Virus record (IMG/VR): IMGVR_UViG_3300035698_035366
Coordinates: 186,001-250,000 of that record
DNA length: 64,000 bases
Reading direction: 5' to 3' (one strand)
Under the pieces are notes generated by a model. That model saw only the letters and a list, made by a program, of their open reading frames with translations, did not search any database and was not told the origin of the DNA. Both the position numbers and the translations under genes were made by a program. Every line of letters begins with the position of its first letter. Positions within the stretch are counted from its first letter, which is position 1. Below, one piece after another: positions 18,368 through 29,313 of this stretch.

Positions 18368-19735
18368 TTATTTTGCATATTTCCTTAGGTTTTCTAATTC
18401 ATCTAAATATACCTGACGTATTTTGGTTTTTGATTTCAGTAATGATTTATAATACTTGATGTTTTTCTCTAATTCAGTAATTTTCTTCTTAACTTCTTCA
18501 AAGAATTCCTTATTCCAACGATAGGTTGGTAGACTAACGATTCTGTCGATTTGTTTTTCATCCAACGCGGTTCCCGATGTCAATTTGACAACTATTTTTT
18601 CTAAGGTTTCCTTGTTTGGTACACCTGCACCAAGCTTTTCCGTTAGTTTATTCACAAAACACTTTTTAACACCTTCCCAGAAGTTTAATTCGTATTCATC
18701 GTCGGCGAGCATTTTATTATATCGTGTTGTATAAAATCCCAATCTCCAGTCCACGAAATCTTTTACGATATCAGTTGTGCTTTCGTACTTCTTAATACTG
18801 GTACCATTCCAATCAATCACAACCATGTTTTCAGTTTTGCGCTGCTTGAGTTTTAGAAGGTCAACGAAGTGTGTTTCGGTTTTATCTTTGCAATATCCCC
18901 GAGCGAATTTAATTTCAACATTAATATGATCGGTTGAATGATCAGTATAACCTTTAATTTTATCCTCGTCTTCAAGATTATTTAATCTATCCTTAAACTT
19001 TTCCAAACTAACATCTGGTGGTAGTTCAATAACCGAAACAGTTGATAAATCATTTATTTTTACTCTACCAAATATCTCCCAAGAATACCCTTCAACATTT
19101 ACTACTGGGCAGTCTAAATACGAATATGTTGGTTTCATCTTCCGTATTTCTTTACCTTCGACCACTGCAATAGTAGCTTCTAGTACCTGCTTAAAGCTAC
19201 GTGGTAAAATTTCAGTAGCCCACCCAACAGCGATACCTGAAATACCATTTAATAACACAGTTGGAACTAATGGTAGAAAATGTTCTGGTTCCTTTACTGA
19301 ACCATCATAATTATCTTTTAATGGGACAATTGCCAAGTCAGGTAACATAACATCTTCAGAAAATTTATTGCGTTTGATATAAGTATATCTCGGCGCCGCA
19401 ATACCGTCCTTGGGCGCAATACGAGTTCCAAACGTTCCGATACCATTAAATAATGGGACATTGTTATTATATGGCGCAGCAAGCAAACTGATCGCCCCTG
19501 CTGCTGATTGGTCACCATGAACATACAGATTTGAGGAAATCATTTCACCAGCAAGGGAAATAGTTTTAATTTTATCTGCTCGATTGCGCATGAGCCATAA
19601 AGCTTTTCGTTGAGCGTCCTTTAGACCATCACATATTCTAGGAATAGCTCGGTTTTCACAAACATATATAGAGTATTCCCTACTTGTTTCTAAAATATAG
19701 TTTGACGCTTCTCTTTTTATTAATTTTTCAGTCAT
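18368..19735 (-). CDS. DNA topoisomerase II, GyrA/gp52-like subunit
   Basis: RAIP...DGLK..QRK, YVHGD, AAPRY catalytic Tyr. Confidence 0.92.
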   Translation of the reverse strand: MTEKLIKREASNYILETSREYSIYVCENRAIPRICDGLKDAQRKALWLMRNRADKIKTISLAGEMISSNLYVHGDQSAAGAISLLAAPYNNNVPLFNGIGTFGTRIAPKDGIAAPRYTYIKRNKFSEDVMLPDLAIVPLKDNYDGSVKEPEHFLPLVPTVLLNGISGIAVGWATEILPRSFKQVLEATIAVVEGKEIRKMKPTYSYLDCPVVNVEGYSWEIFGRVKINDLSTVSVIELPPDVSLEKFKDRLNNLEDEDKIKGYTDHSTDHINVEIKFARGYCKDKTETHFVDLLKLKQRKTENMVVIDWNGTSIKKYESTTDIVKDFVDWRLGFYTTRYNKMLADDEYELNFWEGVKKCFVNKLTEKLGAGVPNKETLEKIVVKLTSGTALDEKQIDRIVSLPTYRWNKEFFEEVKKKITELEKNIKYYKSLLKSKTKIRQVYLDELENLRKYAK

Positions 19736-20316
19736 TAATCGTACCTTAATTTTAACATTATTAGGTTATCGTTGTTTATCCCGTGACAAAAGATTCGAAT
19801 TTCTGGATTTTGTCCCCGACCGTAGCCGGGAGAACTTGCAATTTTATAATCTTTATCCCATCTCCCAAATAAATCATCGCACAATTCTAAAAAATCTTGA
19901 TTTAGTCTATATTCATATCTATCTTCATCGTCTCGTATGATACAATCTTTAGACCTTTCACCATTAATAATAATACACCATTCAAAATGGTTATAATAAT
20001 TCTCATCTTTGAGGCTATATTCTTTATTTTCCAATACTTCTGTTGTCACATTTTAATCCCAAACCATCTTAAATAATAATAAATCTTCTTTTTCTTTGAA
20101 CGCAATATGAGTTATGCAACCGGCATGATATATACAAATATAACCGTCATTAATAGTCTCGTCGAGCCATTTAAAGACATGAATATCCAAGCGATAAACA
20201 AGCACCCATTCAGGTTTAATTTGGATTTCGAATGGATAGTCTTCTTTCTCCGAAAAAAGTGTATGGTTCATTTTAAAGAGCAATCCATTTTTTTCTATCA
20301 TCGGATCGTTTACCAT
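19735..20316 (-). CDS. Two FKL-family small ORFs between the topo II subunits
   Basis: Tails LIMLKLRY and DLLLFKMVW. Confidence 0.55.
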
Positions 20317-22153
20317 TGAATACTAGATCCAAACTTTCTTGCAGCTTTCCATCGTCTACGAGTGGAACACTTACTGGGTGATCTAAACTTTGTGCCCAAT
20401 CTTCCTTAGTCAATGTTCCAAGTCCTTTGGCACGAGTAATTGACCATCCTTTATATTTTTCCGAATCAAAGCTGTTATAATCATGTGAATACCAATATTT
20501 TCTCTGTTTGCCCTTCTCTGCGATGATGAATGGCGTCATAAACACATGAACGAACGGGTCCTTTTCGGAATCAAATAATTCTGGCCAATACGTATGGAAG
20601 AAATTGACAAGTAAAGCCGTAATGTTCATCCCGTCAGCATCCATATCAGCAGCAATGAAAACCTTTCCGTAACGCATAAATGGTCTTGACGCGGGTTCAC
20701 CAATCATTAGACCCAAAGCGTTCATTATATCAACCAAAACTTTATTGTCTAGAATTTTCTTTGGGACTTCACCATTAATATTGAGTATCTTACCGCTTAG
20801 TCCCAATCCACCATGTCTCTGTGGATCACGTACAGAGCTCATACCGGAAATAGCCGAAAGCCCTTCAGCGAGGAACAAAATGCAATCTTCTCTATTTTTG
20901 CCTGTTGCGTCTAGTAGCCCTGCAACTTTTGCCCGTTTAGCACTTTTAGCAGCTTTTTTCGTCTCATCTATGGCACGCTTATTTGATCGAGCTTCAGCTC
21001 TTTCAAAAATCATTTCAACCCATTCTTTATTTCGACCAAGTATTCTCTTAATCATTTCTAGATCGGAAACTTGTTTTTGCACTTCCTTACCAACCCATTC
21101 ATTAATCAAACGGGTTTTGGATTGTGAATCGAAATCCGGTGCTTTCATATTGGTGACATTGTAAATCAATAAGCCGTCATTAACGTCGGATCGATTCGGT
21201 GTAACCTTACGTCTTTTGGAGGTACCCTCTAGTGCCTGCAATACTGTACTATAAAAACTTCTCTTGAATAAATCAATATGAACTCCCCCATTGAACGCGG
21301 GTATATTATTCACCAAAGTATGTATTGTTTCTCCCGAATCAGTAAAATTCGGAATAATATAAAACTTGCTTCGTAAATTTTCTTGTGTAACATCAATGAT
21401 AATGGGTTTGATTTTAGGAAACAATGTTTTTTCAATAAACGGTGACACTTTTAATCGTTGACCATTATAATAGATTTTAACTAGCGGATTACTAACTGCA
21501 ATTTCAAATACCCGACTTTTAATAAATTCTTCAGGAATGACTAATGAGTCAAAAACTTTGGCACTCGGTTTGAACGTGATCTTTGTTCCAGTTTTTCCAC
21601 CTGTTTGGTCGACTATTTTTGGTTTACTCTTGTTTAATGAATCACCATCGATAAATGGATTCTCTTTAAAAACCTGCGTGAACTTTTTCTTATCACGCCA
21701 TATCTCAAGGTTCATAAATTCGGAACAGAAATTACAAGCTGAAATGCCAATACCATTTGTTCCCGCAACTTCACCTCGTTCTTCAAAGTTTCTACCAGCT
21801 CTGGCATTAGTTAATACCATTGTAGCCAAATATTCTTTATGATCTTTGTCATAATCGATTGGAATGCCACGCCCGTTATCTTCAATTGATATAGTTAATG
21901 TTTTAGGATCAACAGTTACGTCGATACGATCACCCGAGTTGTGGCCCACTACTTCATCAATAGCATTATCAATTGCTTCTCGAAAAAAGGTGTAAAGAGC
22001 AGGAACCCAGGTTAACTCTTTGATTTGTGGCTCGCCCTTATTGGAATAAACAATTGTTTCTTGTGTATGTGGTGATCTAGAACCAAGGTACATCTCCGTT
22101 CTCTTACGCACATGACTGTAATCTGTTAATTTTTGGATACCGTGATCTGTCAT
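20273..22153 (-). CDS. DNA topoisomerase II, GyrB/gp39+60-like subunit
   Basis: EAIDNAID, DNGRGIP, GTNGIG, EGLSA, DMDADG, KGLGT. Confidence 0.92.
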   Translation of the reverse strand: MTDHGIQKLTDYSHVRKRTEMYLGSRSPHTQETIVYSNKGEPQIKELTWVPALYTFFREAIDNAIDEVVGHNSGDRIDVTVDPKTLTISIEDNGRGIPIDYDKDHKEYLATMVLTNARAGRNFEERGEVAGTNGIGISACNFCSEFMNLEIWRDKKKFTQVFKENPFIDGDSLNKSKPKIVDQTGGKTGTKITFKPSAKVFDSLVIPEEFIKSRVFEIAVSNPLVKIYYNGQRLKVSPFIEKTLFPKIKPIIIDVTQENLRSKFYIIPNFTDSGETIHTLVNNIPAFNGGVHIDLFKRSFYSTVLQALEGTSKRRKVTPNRSDVNDGLLIYNVTNMKAPDFDSQSKTRLINEWVGKEVQKQVSDLEMIKRILGRNKEWVEMIFERAEARSNKRAIDETKKAAKSAKRAKVAGLLDATGKNREDCILFLAEGLSAISGMSSVRDPQRHGGLGLSGKILNINGEVPKKILDNKVLVDIMNALGLMIGEPASRPFMRYGKVFIAADMDADGMNITALLVNFFHTYWPELFDSEKDPFVHVFMTPFIIAEKGKQRKYWYSHDYNSFDSEKYKGWSITRAKGLGTLTKEDWAQSLDHPVSVPLVDDGKLQESLDLVFNGKRSDDRKKWIAL

Positions 22154-22284
22154 TATTTGCCTTATTTTTATTATATGCTGTTTTATTCGTTTTATTTATA
22201 TAACATAATTAACAGCATGTAGTCAATATCTTACAATTGTATAAATAACGGTATAATATTCATCTTTTCCGGAGATATAGATTT

Positions 22285-23116
22285 ATGGGAACAAGTATTA
22301 ACAATAGAGTAAAAATCAATTCGGGACGAACCACATTCATCGATCGAGCCGGCTTCCGAGATTCATCTATCTATCTATCCAATTGAAGCAGAGGCAGGTC
22401 CCTGGCATATCGCCAATCCAGGTGGATCTACTGATCCAAACTTTGCCGATGTTGTATATCTATTAAAGGCTGATTCAGGATTTACTGACTTGAGCAGCGT
22501 TGGCCGAACAGTTACAAATAATACCGGCGCGGTCACAACCGCAGGCACAGCATTATTTGGTACAAATTCATTCAGATTTAATAATTCGACAGCAACTTAT
22601 ATTACTTCTCCCGATAGTGATGATTTTAGCTTTGGAGCGGGAGATGCAACAATTGAAGTGTTCATCCGTTGGAATACAACGGTTCCAACGAATGTCGAAA
22701 GTTTATTTGGTACGGGATTAACTGGTGGGACCCAACCAAAAATGAATTTCCTTGCTAATGCTAACCCTTCCACATTTGTATACCAAGCTAATAAATTAGG
22801 TAATAATATAGTTCAAGGTGGTACTGGCGGTAAAGATTTATCCGCAAACTTTACATGGGCGCCCGATACGTGGTATCACATTGCATGGGTCCGCCAAGGA
22901 ACATCTCAGACATTTTATGTAAATGGTACAAGTATTGGAACAAACACTCTTTTTCCAACCACTGCGCCAAACGCATCAAGTGATTTCCGTTGGGGAACAG
23001 ATGGCGAAGCATATCAAGCATTTAGTGGAGATATGGATGAAATGCGTATCACTAAAGGTGTTGCTAGATATACCTCCAATTTTACTGCACCAACCGAGCC
23101 ATATCCAACTTCATAA
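22285..23116 (+). CDS. LamG/ConA-like virion protein, frameshifted at an (ATCT)3 repeat
   Basis: SD + ATG 22285 frame stops at 22384; the downstream frame encodes DPNFADVVYLL...WYHIAWVR...DEMRITKGVARY; deleting one ATCT unit fuses the frames. Confidence 0.7.
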
Positions 23117-23143
23117 TTTATTATATGCTTTCATATAAATTGA

Positions 23144-23168
23144 AAAAACGCCTTAAAGGCGTTTTTTC
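23144..23168 (+). terminator. Intrinsic terminator
   Basis: AAAAACGCCTT-AAAGGCGTTTTT hairpin plus T tract. Confidence 0.65.
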
Positions 23169-23239
23169 CTATGATAGAATTATCTTGACAATAAAGCCCA
23201 GATCGCTTATTATGGTAAAGTAAATTAAAAGGGTTTTCT

Positions 23240-23584
23240 ATGGGAATTTTATTCATTAGTTTTATAACTTTGTTTGGTTATATGCGAGCTATTCAATATC
23301 ATCAAGAAGGGAAATTCCTTAGGACTGGACTCTATCTGTCGGTGTCAATCGTAATTATGATGCTGTCTAATAACATACTATTGGGGGTATTAATACTTCC
23401 TGCAATTGTCCCTTATATTATAGCAGCTATAGAAATCTGTGTGATACTGTTTTTGTATAAGAATTTGAAAGGCCCCCCAGAAGGGATATTCAATATTCTA
23501 AGATTCGTATTAATTGCAGTTGTCGCAATAAATTTTCTTATAGCTATAACGGGAACATTTGACTCAGAATTCATACCTAAATAA
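23240..23584 (+). CDS. Membrane protein
   Basis: Several hydrophobic segments. Confidence 0.6.
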   Translation: MGILFISFITLFGYMRAIQYHQEGKFLRTGLYLSVSIVIMMLSNNILLGVLILPAIVPYIIAAIEICVILFLYKNLKGPPEGIFNILRFVLIAVVAINFLIAITGTFDSEFIPK

Positions 23585-23612
23585 ATACTATATAGTATTT
23601 TTGGAGCATAAA

Positions 23613-24014
23613 ATGAAGTATAAAGATTTAAATAAACCTAAAAAAGGATACGCGGGTTATTTGTTGCCTGACGTAGAGCGGGATCGCCTGTTCTCAGAAT
23701 TTCCACCAAAATATTCAAAAACAGTTGCACATCATGTAACTACTAAATTTGGTGCAACGGAGAATGAAACACCAGATGATGTTGAATCATATTCAGTTGT
23801 TGGATATGCAGACACTGGTGATGGTTTGGAAGCATTAGTAATTTCGATTGGTGGTACAGTAAATCGCCCAGATGGATCAATTTATCATATTACTTGGAGT
23901 ATTAATCCTGAGAAATATAAGCCAAAGGATTCAAATGATCTGGTTAAACGGGACTATGACGAAGTTGGCCCAATTAACATTGATATGGTACCAACTTTCT
24001 TTCCGTTTAATTGA
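23613..24014 (+). CDS. 2H phosphoesterase-like protein
   Basis: Two HxT motifs (HVT, HIT). Confidence 0.6.
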   Translation: MKYKDLNKPKKGYAGYLLPDVERDRLFSEFPPKYSKTVAHHVTTKFGATENETPDDVESYSVVGYADTGDGLEALVISIGGTVNRPDGSIYHITWSINPEKYKPKDSNDLVKRDYDEVGPINIDMVPTFFPFN

Positions 24015-24064
24015 TAAATAAATATACAATAATTTAAATTCCCGTATGTCGGAGGACATTTTTT

Positions 24065-24610
24065 ATGGCAATACATGATACGTTTATCCCAGTTTGGTAT
24101 CACATTACAGTAACAAATCTAACAGGTGCTGCACCTGCAGATGGTTTTATTGATCACCAAAATCCACAAGACTTTCCAGCTTTTCCATCTACTCTTGCGC
24201 TGTCCCGGGCTAAGGAACGCGCCCGTATGCGTTATGAGGGAATGCTACAGCAACTCGCATTAGTTCAGATGATGTCACGAACAATGAATATTGTTGCAAC
24301 GGCATCTACTGAAGATACGGAAGCAACTGATTTTCAGATTACTGTTCAGTATGATCGCCCAGAATATGTTGCAACCGAAGATGAAGATAACCCAGGAACA
24401 ATTCTTGAGGGGGTTGATGCTGTTACACGTTTCGTCGCAAGAGCATTGGTTGTTGATACAATTGTAAATCGAGAGATTTATGATCCAACAGTTTCTTCAG
24501 GAAACCCACGCGGCCCAGTCATTGAAGAAGTTACAGCTGGAAAAATAGCTGCTGATCTCGCTACTGCTGAAGCAGCAATAACAGTTATCGAATCAGACCT
24601 AACGACATAA
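24065..24610 (+). CDS. Hypothetical late protein
   Basis: GGAGG SD, TAAATA upstream. Confidence 0.65.
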   Translation: MAIHDTFIPVWYHITVTNLTGAAPADGFIDHQNPQDFPAFPSTLALSRAKERARMRYEGMLQQLALVQMMSRTMNIVATASTEDTEATDFQITVQYDRPEYVATEDEDNPGTILEGVDAVTRFVARALVVDTIVNREIYDPTVSSGNPRGPVIEEVTAGKIAADLATAEAAITVIESDLTT

Positions 24611-24620
24611 AAGAAATTGG

Positions 24621-26000
24621 ATGATTAGTACCCGTATAATTGCGTTCACCCTACTATTATTATCGTTGGGTATCGCTTCTTGCGCGGCATATTTTAGCAT
24701 CAGTGGGTTATCTGAACTATTTGCTGCGGCCGTAATTCCGGTTGTTATAATGACCAGTACTCTTGAAGCAGCAAAGCTTGGGGCAACTTTTTATGTCCAT
24801 CGATGGTGGGACATTTTACCAGCATGGAAATGGTTAATAGCCATTATGATTGCGATTCTTATGGCTATTACCAGTATGGGAATATTTGGATTTCTATCAA
24901 AAGGTCATCTGGATCAAGAAGCACCATTAACTGACAATAAGTTGCAGATAGAGCGTCTTGATGAAAGGTCTTTAATTTTCCAAGGGCAAATCGACAGACA
25001 ACAGGCTAAAATTGAATATGCAACAGCTAGTATTAAAAAACTTGATGGTATTATCGATACTTTAATAAAATATGATAGAATACGTGGTAAAGATGGTGCA
25101 GACGCCACATTGAAAAGCCAATCCTCGCAACGTGAAGAATTTGAATCCAATATAACCAAAGCAAACGATGAAATTGAAAAAATAAGAACAAAACTTGACG
25201 TAATTAATAAAGAACGAATAACAATACGAACAGCGTCAGCTAAAATTGAAGCAAAACTTGGCCCCATTATCTATGCCGCCGAGTTATTTGGCTTTGATTT
25301 GGAACATGGTGATGGTAAAGGAAAAGCCGTAAGGTTATTGATTATCATGCTTATGATTGCATTTGACCCATTGGCCATTGTGTTAATAATGGCATTTGAT
25401 TGGACATTGCAACGAGCAACATTTGAGAAAAAAGAGAAACTAGAAGCCGATCTTAAAAAGCTCGAAAAGGAATTACAAGATGAAATGGTCGAGGAAACCA
25501 CATCGACAGAACAATCCAAATCACCCACCCCATCATTGGAAATACAAGAAAACTACCATGACGGGAAAGAGGAAGAACAAGCCAATGTTACGCCCGTCAA
25601 GGATGAGGAAAAAAGAGAAAGAGAACTCCAAAGTACCGATGGCAGTGGTAACGGGATTCGGATCCAAGAAAATACTCCAATCATTGAAAAAACCGTACAG
25701 GATAAGAAAACTCCTGTTACTTCCATACCAATGATATTGGTGCAATTATTAAATGATGATTCAATGACAGATGAAAAGCTTGTTCAGCATATACGAAGTA
25801 ATAAAGAATTGTTTGATGAATTATTACAACTACGTGATGTTTCATCATCTGCGTCGGATGAAGACCGAGAGATTGTGAGTGATCTTCTTTCGAAAGTTGA
25901 AGAGCTTGCTTTAATAGAACTTACGGAGCAAGCTAAACCGAAACACCCAAAGCCTGATAATAATGCTTGGTTAACTGGCCTATCTGGAAGGAAGAAATAA
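24621..26000 (+). CDS. Membrane-anchored coiled-coil protein
   Basis: TM segments, ITSMGIFGFLSK and FDPLA motifs, coiled coil. Confidence 0.7.
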   Translation: MISTRIIAFTLLLLSLGIASCAAYFSISGLSELFAAAVIPVVIMTSTLEAAKLGATFYVHRWWDILPAWKWLIAIMIAILMAITSMGIFGFLSKGHLDQEAPLTDNKLQIERLDERSLIFQGQIDRQQAKIEYATASIKKLDGIIDTLIKYDRIRGKDGADATLKSQSSQREEFESNITKANDEIEKIRTKLDVINKERITIRTASAKIEAKLGPIIYAAELFGFDLEHGDGKGKAVRLLIIMLMIAFDPLAIVLIMAFDWTLQRATFEKKEKLEADLKKLEKELQDEMVEETTSTEQSKSPTPSLEIQENYHDGKEEEQANVTPVKDEEKRERELQSTDGSGNGIRIQENTPIIEKTVQDKKTPVTSIPMILVQLLNDDSMTDEKLVQHIRSNKELFDELLQLRDVSSSASDEDREIVSDLLSKVEELALIELTEQAKPKHPKPDNNAWLTGLSGRKK

Positions 26001-26001
26001 T

Positions 26002-26475
26002 ATGTCAAAATTGACTTTTGTAAAATACCCATCAAATCAAAATTTCTTACTTGGAGCAAGAATTGTTGTTTTGGGTGGTGATAAACAATGGAGAGATCAA
26101 TTTATTTCTCAAGTGAATGAATTGTGGATAGACGAAGATGTTAATTTCTTTTTCATCGAAGACACTGAAAAAATGGAAGCAGAGAGAACATCCTGGATAA
26201 TGAATCAAATTGCGTTATGTGATTTCTTTGTTATCTATGTTGAAGATAAAAAAGATACAAATACGCTTTTGAATCTAGGCTTTGCAGGAGTAAATATTGA
26301 TAATCCAAATTGTTTCGTATTGTTCGATGAAACGGATGATTTAAATATTGTACAAAATCTTTATGCAACGTATAATAAGAATAACTTTTGTGAAACCGAG
26401 AGCGAAGTTATCGTAGCAATGCGGGAAATGTATGCCGACGCAACAGGATACAATCTTGTTGATGGCGAAGAATAA
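26002..26475 (+). CDS. Hypothetical protein
   Basis: ORF track. Confidence 0.6.
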   Translation: MSKLTFVKYPSNQNFLLGARIVVLGGDKQWRDQFISQVNELWIDEDVNFFFIEDTEKMEAERTSWIMNQIALCDFFVIYVEDKKDTNTLLNLGFAGVNIDNPNCFVLFDETDDLNIVQNLYATYNKNNFCETESEVIVAMREMYADATGYNLVDGEE

Positions 26476-26485
26476 AGGAAAATAA

Positions 26486-27739
26486 ATGTCAGACTTAGGT
26501 GATAATGCGGCTTCCACGCCACCAGAATGTTCATTCTGTGATAAAAATTCTCTTGAAGTATCAAAAATGATTGCTGCCGCTCAAGAAGGTGTGTATATAT
26601 GCGACGAATGTATTGAATTGTGTATGGAAGTTCTAAAACAAGATAAATCAACTGATATTGAAATTGACGGAGAAATACCAACTCCAGAAGAACTAAAAGA
26701 ATTTCTAGATCAATATGTTATTGGTCAGGATTATGCTAAAAAAGTCATCTCTGTTGCGGTTTATGACCATTATCGCCGTCTTGATAATCCAATTATTGAC
26801 GATGTTGAAATTGAGAAATCAAACATACTGCTTTGTGGTCCAACTGGCTCAGGGAAGACCCATATAGTTAAGACAATTGCTCGTATGCTTGATGTACCAT
26901 ATTATATCGCTGATGCCACTTCATTAACTGAAGCGGGTTATGTTGGGGATGACGTTGAATCTATTCTTTACGGATTGATGCAAGCCGCCGATCAAGACAT
27001 TAACCGTGCCCAGCGCGGAATTGTATTCATCGATGAAATTGATAAAAAAGGAACTAAATCGGGCTCGGCAAATATTACACGTGATGTTTCGGGCGAAGGA
27101 GTACAGCAAGCACTTTTGAAGATGATTGAAGGGACTGTTGCTCGTGTTCCAACAACTGGTGGCAGGAAACATCCACAAGGTGAAGTAGTGGAAATTGATA
27201 CAGCTAACATTTTGTTCGTTGTTTCTGGAGCATTCATTGGTCTTGATAAACTTGTATCTAAACGCATGAATAAAGGATACACATCGCTAGGATTTGCAAA
27301 TAAGAAAGAGCGACCAGACGAAGGCAAATCAATGGGTGAGATTTTAGAAAACATTGAACCAGAAGATTTAATAGAATATGGCTTAATCCCAGAACTTATT
27401 GGTCGTTTGCCAATTGTTTGCGGGCTTGACGAACTGACAGAAGAGCAGCTAGTGCAGATTCTAATTGAACCAAAAAATGCTCTTGTTAAGCAGTTTAAAG
27501 CTATGTTTAGTTTGGAAAAAGTTGAGTTGAAATTTAATGATGATGCGTTGGTTGAAATCGCAAGAATTGCTAAGAACCGTAAGACTGGCGCCCGCGGTTT
27601 GCGAGCCGTGCTCCAAAGGGCATTATTAAGCACGCAATTTCAAATACCTACAGCGGCAAAAGCAAAACCACCACTAAAGAATGTTACAGTAACTTATGAA
27701 GCGGTTACTGGTGAAGAAGAACCCAAATTGGATTATTAA
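26486..27739 (+). CDS. clpX: ATP-dependent Clp protease ATPase ClpX
   Basis: C4 Zn finger, GPTGSGKT, TEAGYVG, IDEIDK, GRKHP, LGF loop, TGARGLR. Confidence 0.97.
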   Translation: MSDLGDNAASTPPECSFCDKNSLEVSKMIAAAQEGVYICDECIELCMEVLKQDKSTDIEIDGEIPTPEELKEFLDQYVIGQDYAKKVISVAVYDHYRRLDNPIIDDVEIEKSNILLCGPTGSGKTHIVKTIARMLDVPYYIADATSLTEAGYVGDDVESILYGLMQAADQDINRAQRGIVFIDEIDKKGTKSGSANITRDVSGEGVQQALLKMIEGTVARVPTTGGRKHPQGEVVEIDTANILFVVSGAFIGLDKLVSKRMNKGYTSLGFANKKERPDEGKSMGEILENIEPEDLIEYGLIPELIGRLPIVCGLDELTEEQLVQILIEPKNALVKQFKAMFSLEKVELKFNDDALVEIARIAKNRKTGARGLRAVLQRALLSTQFQIPTAAKAKPPLKNVTVTYEAVTGEEEPKLDY

Positions 27740-27802
27740 TGGTTGACATTACTATCCCGATATGCTACATTTACCCAATAACAACGGAGAAGTACACTTT
27801 TT

Positions 27803-28327
27803 ATGAAAACCGATAGCGAAGACAATATTAAAGTCAATGGTGAAATTACCGCAGCTAATGTAAGGCTGCTTGATGTGGAAGGCGAGGCACTTGGTGTGGT
27901 TACTATCAACCAAGCAACAAACCTAGCAAGGAATGCAGGACTTGACTTGGTTGAGATTGTCCCTCATGCTGAGCCCCCTGTTTGCCGCATGATGGATTTT
28001 GTTAAATTCAAGTATGAACGCAAAAAATCCAAACGTGAGCAAAATCGTAAAAATAGGGAAAACCGTACGGTTGTTAAGGAAATTCAATTCCGCCCCAATA
28101 CGGAAATACATGACATTAATAACAAAACTCGTCAAGCAATTGGTTTTTTGGAGAAGGGAAACCACGTGCGTTTCGTTGTCAAGTTTCGTGGGCGCGAACT
28201 TTCCTATACCGAGAAGGGTGATGAACTTCTAAATCAAGTTCTTTCTACTCTTGGTGATGTGACTGTTGATCAAGAACCAAAAATGATTGGTCGAAATATG
28301 GTCTTGACGGTTTCACCTGCCAAGTAA
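27803..28327 (+). CDS. infC: Translation initiation factor IF-3
   Basis: LDLVEI.P...PPVCR, KEIQFRP, FRGRE. Confidence 0.95.
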   Translation: MKTDSEDNIKVNGEITAANVRLLDVEGEALGVVTINQATNLARNAGLDLVEIVPHAEPPVCRMMDFVKFKYERKKSKREQNRKNRENRTVVKEIQFRPNTEIHDINNKTRQAIGFLEKGNHVRFVVKFRGRELSYTEKGDELLNQVLSTLGDVTVDQEPKMIGRNMVLTVSPAK

Positions 28328-28354
28328 AAGATTTAACTTGTTCTAAGAGATAAT

Positions 28355-28603
28355 ATGAGACTTCTTGAAATAGATTACATATATCCGTATACATTCGAAA
28401 TGAAATTCACTATTCAGGCAAGTAAGTTGGATTTTGAAGATATAGATTTGGAAGATTTAGAAGAATGGTGTATGGACAATTTGGAAGGCAAGTACCATAT
28501 TCGTCATGTACTATTACCACATGGTGATTTATGTCGATTTATATGGGTAACACTTTCGTCGGAATCGGATAGTGTTTTGTTTAAAACTAGATGGCAGGTA
28601 TAA
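28355..28603 (+). CDS. FKL-family small protein
   Basis: EWC...DSVLFKTRW. Confidence 0.6.
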   Translation: MRLLEIDYIYPYTFEMKFTIQASKLDFEDIDLEDLEEWCMDNLEGKYHIRHVLLPHGDLCRFIWVTLSSESDSVLFKTRWQV

Positions 28604-28799
28604 TAAGATGAAACAGGAATATAGAACAATCGATACAAATGAGCTTTCGCCATATCCAAGCATGACATCCGATGAATTACAAGAATTTGAATTATGGTCT
28701 AGCGCAATTGAAAAAGAATATTCCGGTATCCCAGTTCTTATAATTGCAATTTTGGCTATTGCTACGATTATTGCACTCTTTGCATAAGGTTTATATGAA

Positions 28800-29243
28800 A
28801 TGGACATCGAATACATCAAAGGCAATTTATTTGAGACTGAACATAAAGTTATTGTTCATGGCTGTAATGCAATGGGCCGTATGGGATCTGGTGTTGCTCG
28901 TATTGTCAACAATGACTTTAATGAAGCTTATCAAGCTTATCGATCGGAATTCGAAACAACTGGTCTAGAACTTGGCACAGTTGTTTGGGCTGAATCGAAT
29001 GGTTATATGTTTGCCAATGCCATTACTCAGGACCGTTTCGGGCATGATGGGAAAAATTATGTTAACTATGATGCTATTCGAGCATGTATGGAAGAAGTAC
29101 ATGGGTATTGTGTAGCGCATGGTTATAGCCATGCAGCAATGCCAATGATTGGTGCTGGATTGGGTGGCGGAGACTGGGAAATCATTTCCAATATCATTGA
29201 AGTAGCGTTTATTAATGTCCAGCCAGTTGTTTATGTAATCTAA
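28800..29243 (+). CDS. Macro-domain (ADP-ribose processing) protein
   Basis: GNLF, HGCN..G.MGSGVA, PMIGAGLGGGDW. Confidence 0.85.
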   Translation: MDIEYIKGNLFETEHKVIVHGCNAMGRMGSGVARIVNNDFNEAYQAYRSEFETTGLELGTVVWAESNGYMFANAITQDRFGHDGKNYVNYDAIRACMEEVHGYCVAHGYSHAAMPMIGAGLGGGDWEIISNIIEVAFINVQPVVYVI

Positions 29244-29313
29244 TAATAAATTTTATTGACAATAAAAACCAATTTACTATATACTTAATAATAATAAAAA
29301 TAAAAAGGAGCCC

